A stretch of 64,000 nucleotides of DNA from an uncultured Gemmatimonadales bacterium (lineage in GTDB: Bacteria; Gemmatimonadota; Gemmatimonadetes; Gemmatimonadales; Gemmatimonadaceae): contig OY969695.1 in the NCBI GenBank assembly GCA_963701965.1, positions 2,112,001 to 2,176,000 on the forward strand, written 5' to 3'. The notes beneath the pieces were generated by a model. The model saw nothing but the letters and a program-made list of their open reading frames with translations. It was not told the origin of the DNA and made no database searches. The translations under genes were made by a program, and so were the position numbers. Below, piece after piece: positions 62,118 through 64,000 of this stretch. Every line of letters starts with the position of its first letter. Positions within the stretch are counted from its first letter, which is position 1.

Positions 62118-63101
62118 ATGCGCCCGACCGCCCATCCCCAGAGTGCTCTCCGCGCACCCCTGAACACGATTCTCGGCACTGAGGCTCGGGTGCGCATCAT
62201 GCGCGTCCTCGCCACGACCGATTCCCCAATGGGGCCCGGCGAGGTAGCCCGGCGCGCGGCGCTCAACCGATCTGGCGTGCGGCTCTCGCTCGCGGAGCTC
62301 GTCGCGGCGGGCCTGATTGAAACTGTCGGCAGTGGTCGCGCACTCGTTCAGCTCCGTCGTGTCCACCCGTTGACCCCGGCAATCGTCGCCCTCTTCGCCG
62401 CGGAGGCGGCACGTACCGACTCGGTGTTCGAGCAGATTCGCCGCATAGTCCATGCGAATATCCCGATGACAGACGTCCGCGCCGCATGGTTGCAAGGGCC
62501 GCTCGTCACGGGTGACGATCGGTTGGGTGACACGCTCACCGTCGGTTTGTTGGGCACCGCGGCGACCGTCGACAACGCGGCGGTGACGCTCCGCTCGGCG
62601 CTCGCTCCGCTCGCGCACTCACACGACCTGATGATCGAGGTACGGGCGTTGACCAATGCGGACCTGATGACATTGTCGGCAGCAGATCGCAGGGCCCTGG
62701 CTGACACGCTTCCGCTCCTGGGCCCACCGCCATCTGCACTCGCGGAGCCGGGCGCGCCACGAGGTCGGACGCGACCCAAACGCACGCACGCCGATCTTGA
62801 TGCCCAGGCGCTGGCGATGAGCCGTGCGGTTGCCAAGAAACTGTCCACGCACCCCGAATTGGCGTCACGTGCCCGGCGCTACATACTTGGGCGCACCCGC
62901 AAGGCGTCGGCAAGCGAACGCGCGACGCTCGAGGAGTGGGACGAGATCCTCACGACCATGTCGATCCCGCGACTCCGCCGGTTCCTCACGGATCCCGGCC
63001 CGCGCGCCACGCGACTTCGCCAGTCCCTCCCGTTCGTCGACGCGCTCTCGCAACAGGAGCGCGAAGCATTACGTAAGGCCTTGCGACCCTCGACGAGATG
63101 A
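62118..63101 (+). CDS. wHTH + degenerate nucleotidyltransferase-like + helical C-terminal domain (putative antitoxin)
   Basis: N-terminal ARVRIMRVL...GEVARRAAL; middle AAWLQGPLVTGDD; C-terminal EWDEIL...RLRQSLPF. Confidence 0.7.
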   Translation: MRPTAHPQSALRAPLNTILGTEARVRIMRVLATTDSPMGPGEVARRAALNRSGVRLSLAELVAAGLIETVGSGRALVQLRRVHPLTPAIVALFAAEAARTDSVFEQIRRIVHANIPMTDVRAAWLQGPLVTGDDRLGDTLTVGLLGTAATVDNAAVTLRSALAPLAHSHDLMIEVRALTNADLMTLSAADRRALADTLPLLGPPPSALAEPGAPRGRTRPKRTHADLDAQALAMSRAVAKKLSTHPELASRARRYILGRTRKASASERATLEEWDEILTTMSIPRLRRFLTDPGPRATRLRQSLPFVDALSQQEREALRKALRPSTR

Positions 63102-63634
63102 CTCGAGAGGAGCTCGAACACGCCATTCGGGCCGCATGTGACGTCAGCGACGACACCGAAGTTCACGTGTTCGGCTCGCAGGCGATCCTCGGACCGTTCC
63201 CTGATGCGCCGGCGAGCCTCCGTCAGTCGGTGGAGGTCGACATGGCGCCGGTGCATCGCCTCGACCAAATCGACGCGATCGACGGCGCTCTTGGCGAATT
63301 GTCGCCGTTTCACGCCACCCATGGTTTCTACGTACATGGGATTCCCGTGGAAGCGGCCACCCTCCCCGACGGCTGGCGCGGTCGGTTGGTGAAGGTGCAA
63401 AACGCCAACACGCGCCAGCGAATCGGATGGTGTTTGGCCGCGGCGGATCTCGCGGCTAGCAAGCTCGTTGCGTTCCGCGACAAAGACCGTGCATTCGTGC
63501 GCGCGTTGCTCGGCGCAAAGCTGATAGCGGCCCGCGAACTGATTGACGCACTGCTTCTGCTGCCGATTCAACCGACCGAACGCGACCGGCTCATCGTCTG
63601 GATCCGGAGCACGGCAGGCGATTTTGCGCGATGA
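63098..63634 (+). CDS. DUF6036-like nucleotidyltransferase
   Basis: LEHAIRAA, VFGSQAILG, SVEVD, LPDGWRGRL and KLVAFRDKD; ATGA coupling. Confidence 0.8.
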   Translation: MTREELEHAIRAACDVSDDTEVHVFGSQAILGPFPDAPASLRQSVEVDMAPVHRLDQIDAIDGALGELSPFHATHGFYVHGIPVEAATLPDGWRGRLVKVQNANTRQRIGWCLAAADLAASKLVAFRDKDRAFVRALLGAKLIAARELIDALLLLPIQPTERDRLIVWIRSTAGDFAR

Positions 63635-63672
63635 CGCTGGGCCTCGGTATCGCGTCAGTGCGTCCGGCTCGG

Positions 63673-63999
63673 CTAGGGCTCGCGCAAAATATCGGGTCCT
63701 GGGGACAAATCAATTGCCGAGCCGGCGGACGGTGACGGTGCTGGAGTCGGTTGCCGCCAACGTTTCAAAAGCCAAATCAACATGAGGATCGCGAAGAGGT
63801 TGATTGCGATCCCTCTCTTGTCCAACTGACTGGTGTTCCAGTACACGTCGGCGGCTGCGTTCGCGCCGATCACCAAATCGGGCGTGCCGTTGATCCACAC
63901 CGCGGTCACACTGGGACCGATCACGAAACCCAGCGCGAACCACCCGGTGTACAAGCGCACCACCTGCAGCGCCTGAATCCCCCGCGACAGCAGGACGCC
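63673..63999 (-). CDS. Partial membrane protein (runs off the window edge)
   Basis: Frame is open to the window end; hydrophobic segments. Confidence 0.55.
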   Translation of the reverse strand, partial: GVLLSRGIQALQVVRLYTGWFALGFVIGPSVTAVWINGTPDLVIGANAAADVYWNTSQLDKRGIAINLFAILMLIWLLKRWRQPTPAPSPSAGSAIDLSPGPDILREP

Positions 64000-64000
64000 C

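Overview
High-GC (roughly 68-70% by eye) bacterial window. The gene content suggests Gemmatimonadota or Acidobacteriota (inference): four orphan ABC/MacB-like ADOP permeases with a PadR regulator, a DUF305-LVIVD pair, and many secreted hydrolases and lipoproteins. Most of it is a mosaic of accessory genes: an ECF42-type sigma factor with DGPF proteins, AidB-like dehydrogenase, YeiH/LysR, sensor kinases, ArsR-SRPBCC-CMD, DipZ, two arylsulfatases, a PQQ dehydrogenase, peptidases, a cold-shock protein and a subclass A2-like class A beta-lactamase. Main points of interest: (1) a hidden exported selenoprotein peroxiredoxin at 60124-60732, with an in-frame UGA at the peroxidatic position and a SECIS-like hairpin, facing a CcdA-TlpA pair; (2) a TIGR04255-like/HTH/unknown three-gene candidate toxin-antitoxin or defence operon at the left edge; (3) a wHTH-degenerate NTase fusion plus DUF6036-like NTase candidate TA module at the right edge; (4) an AACC-N4-GGTT operator shared by the ArsR promoter and the DUF899/beta-lactamase divergon; (5) a pervasive leaderless-transcript signature; (6) orphan gene fragments, including a ddl-like tail. 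Six +1 frameshifts look like long-read consensus errors. I recognised no tRNA, rRNA, CRISPR array, integrase or transposase. All family calls come from motif recognition by eye, not database searches.
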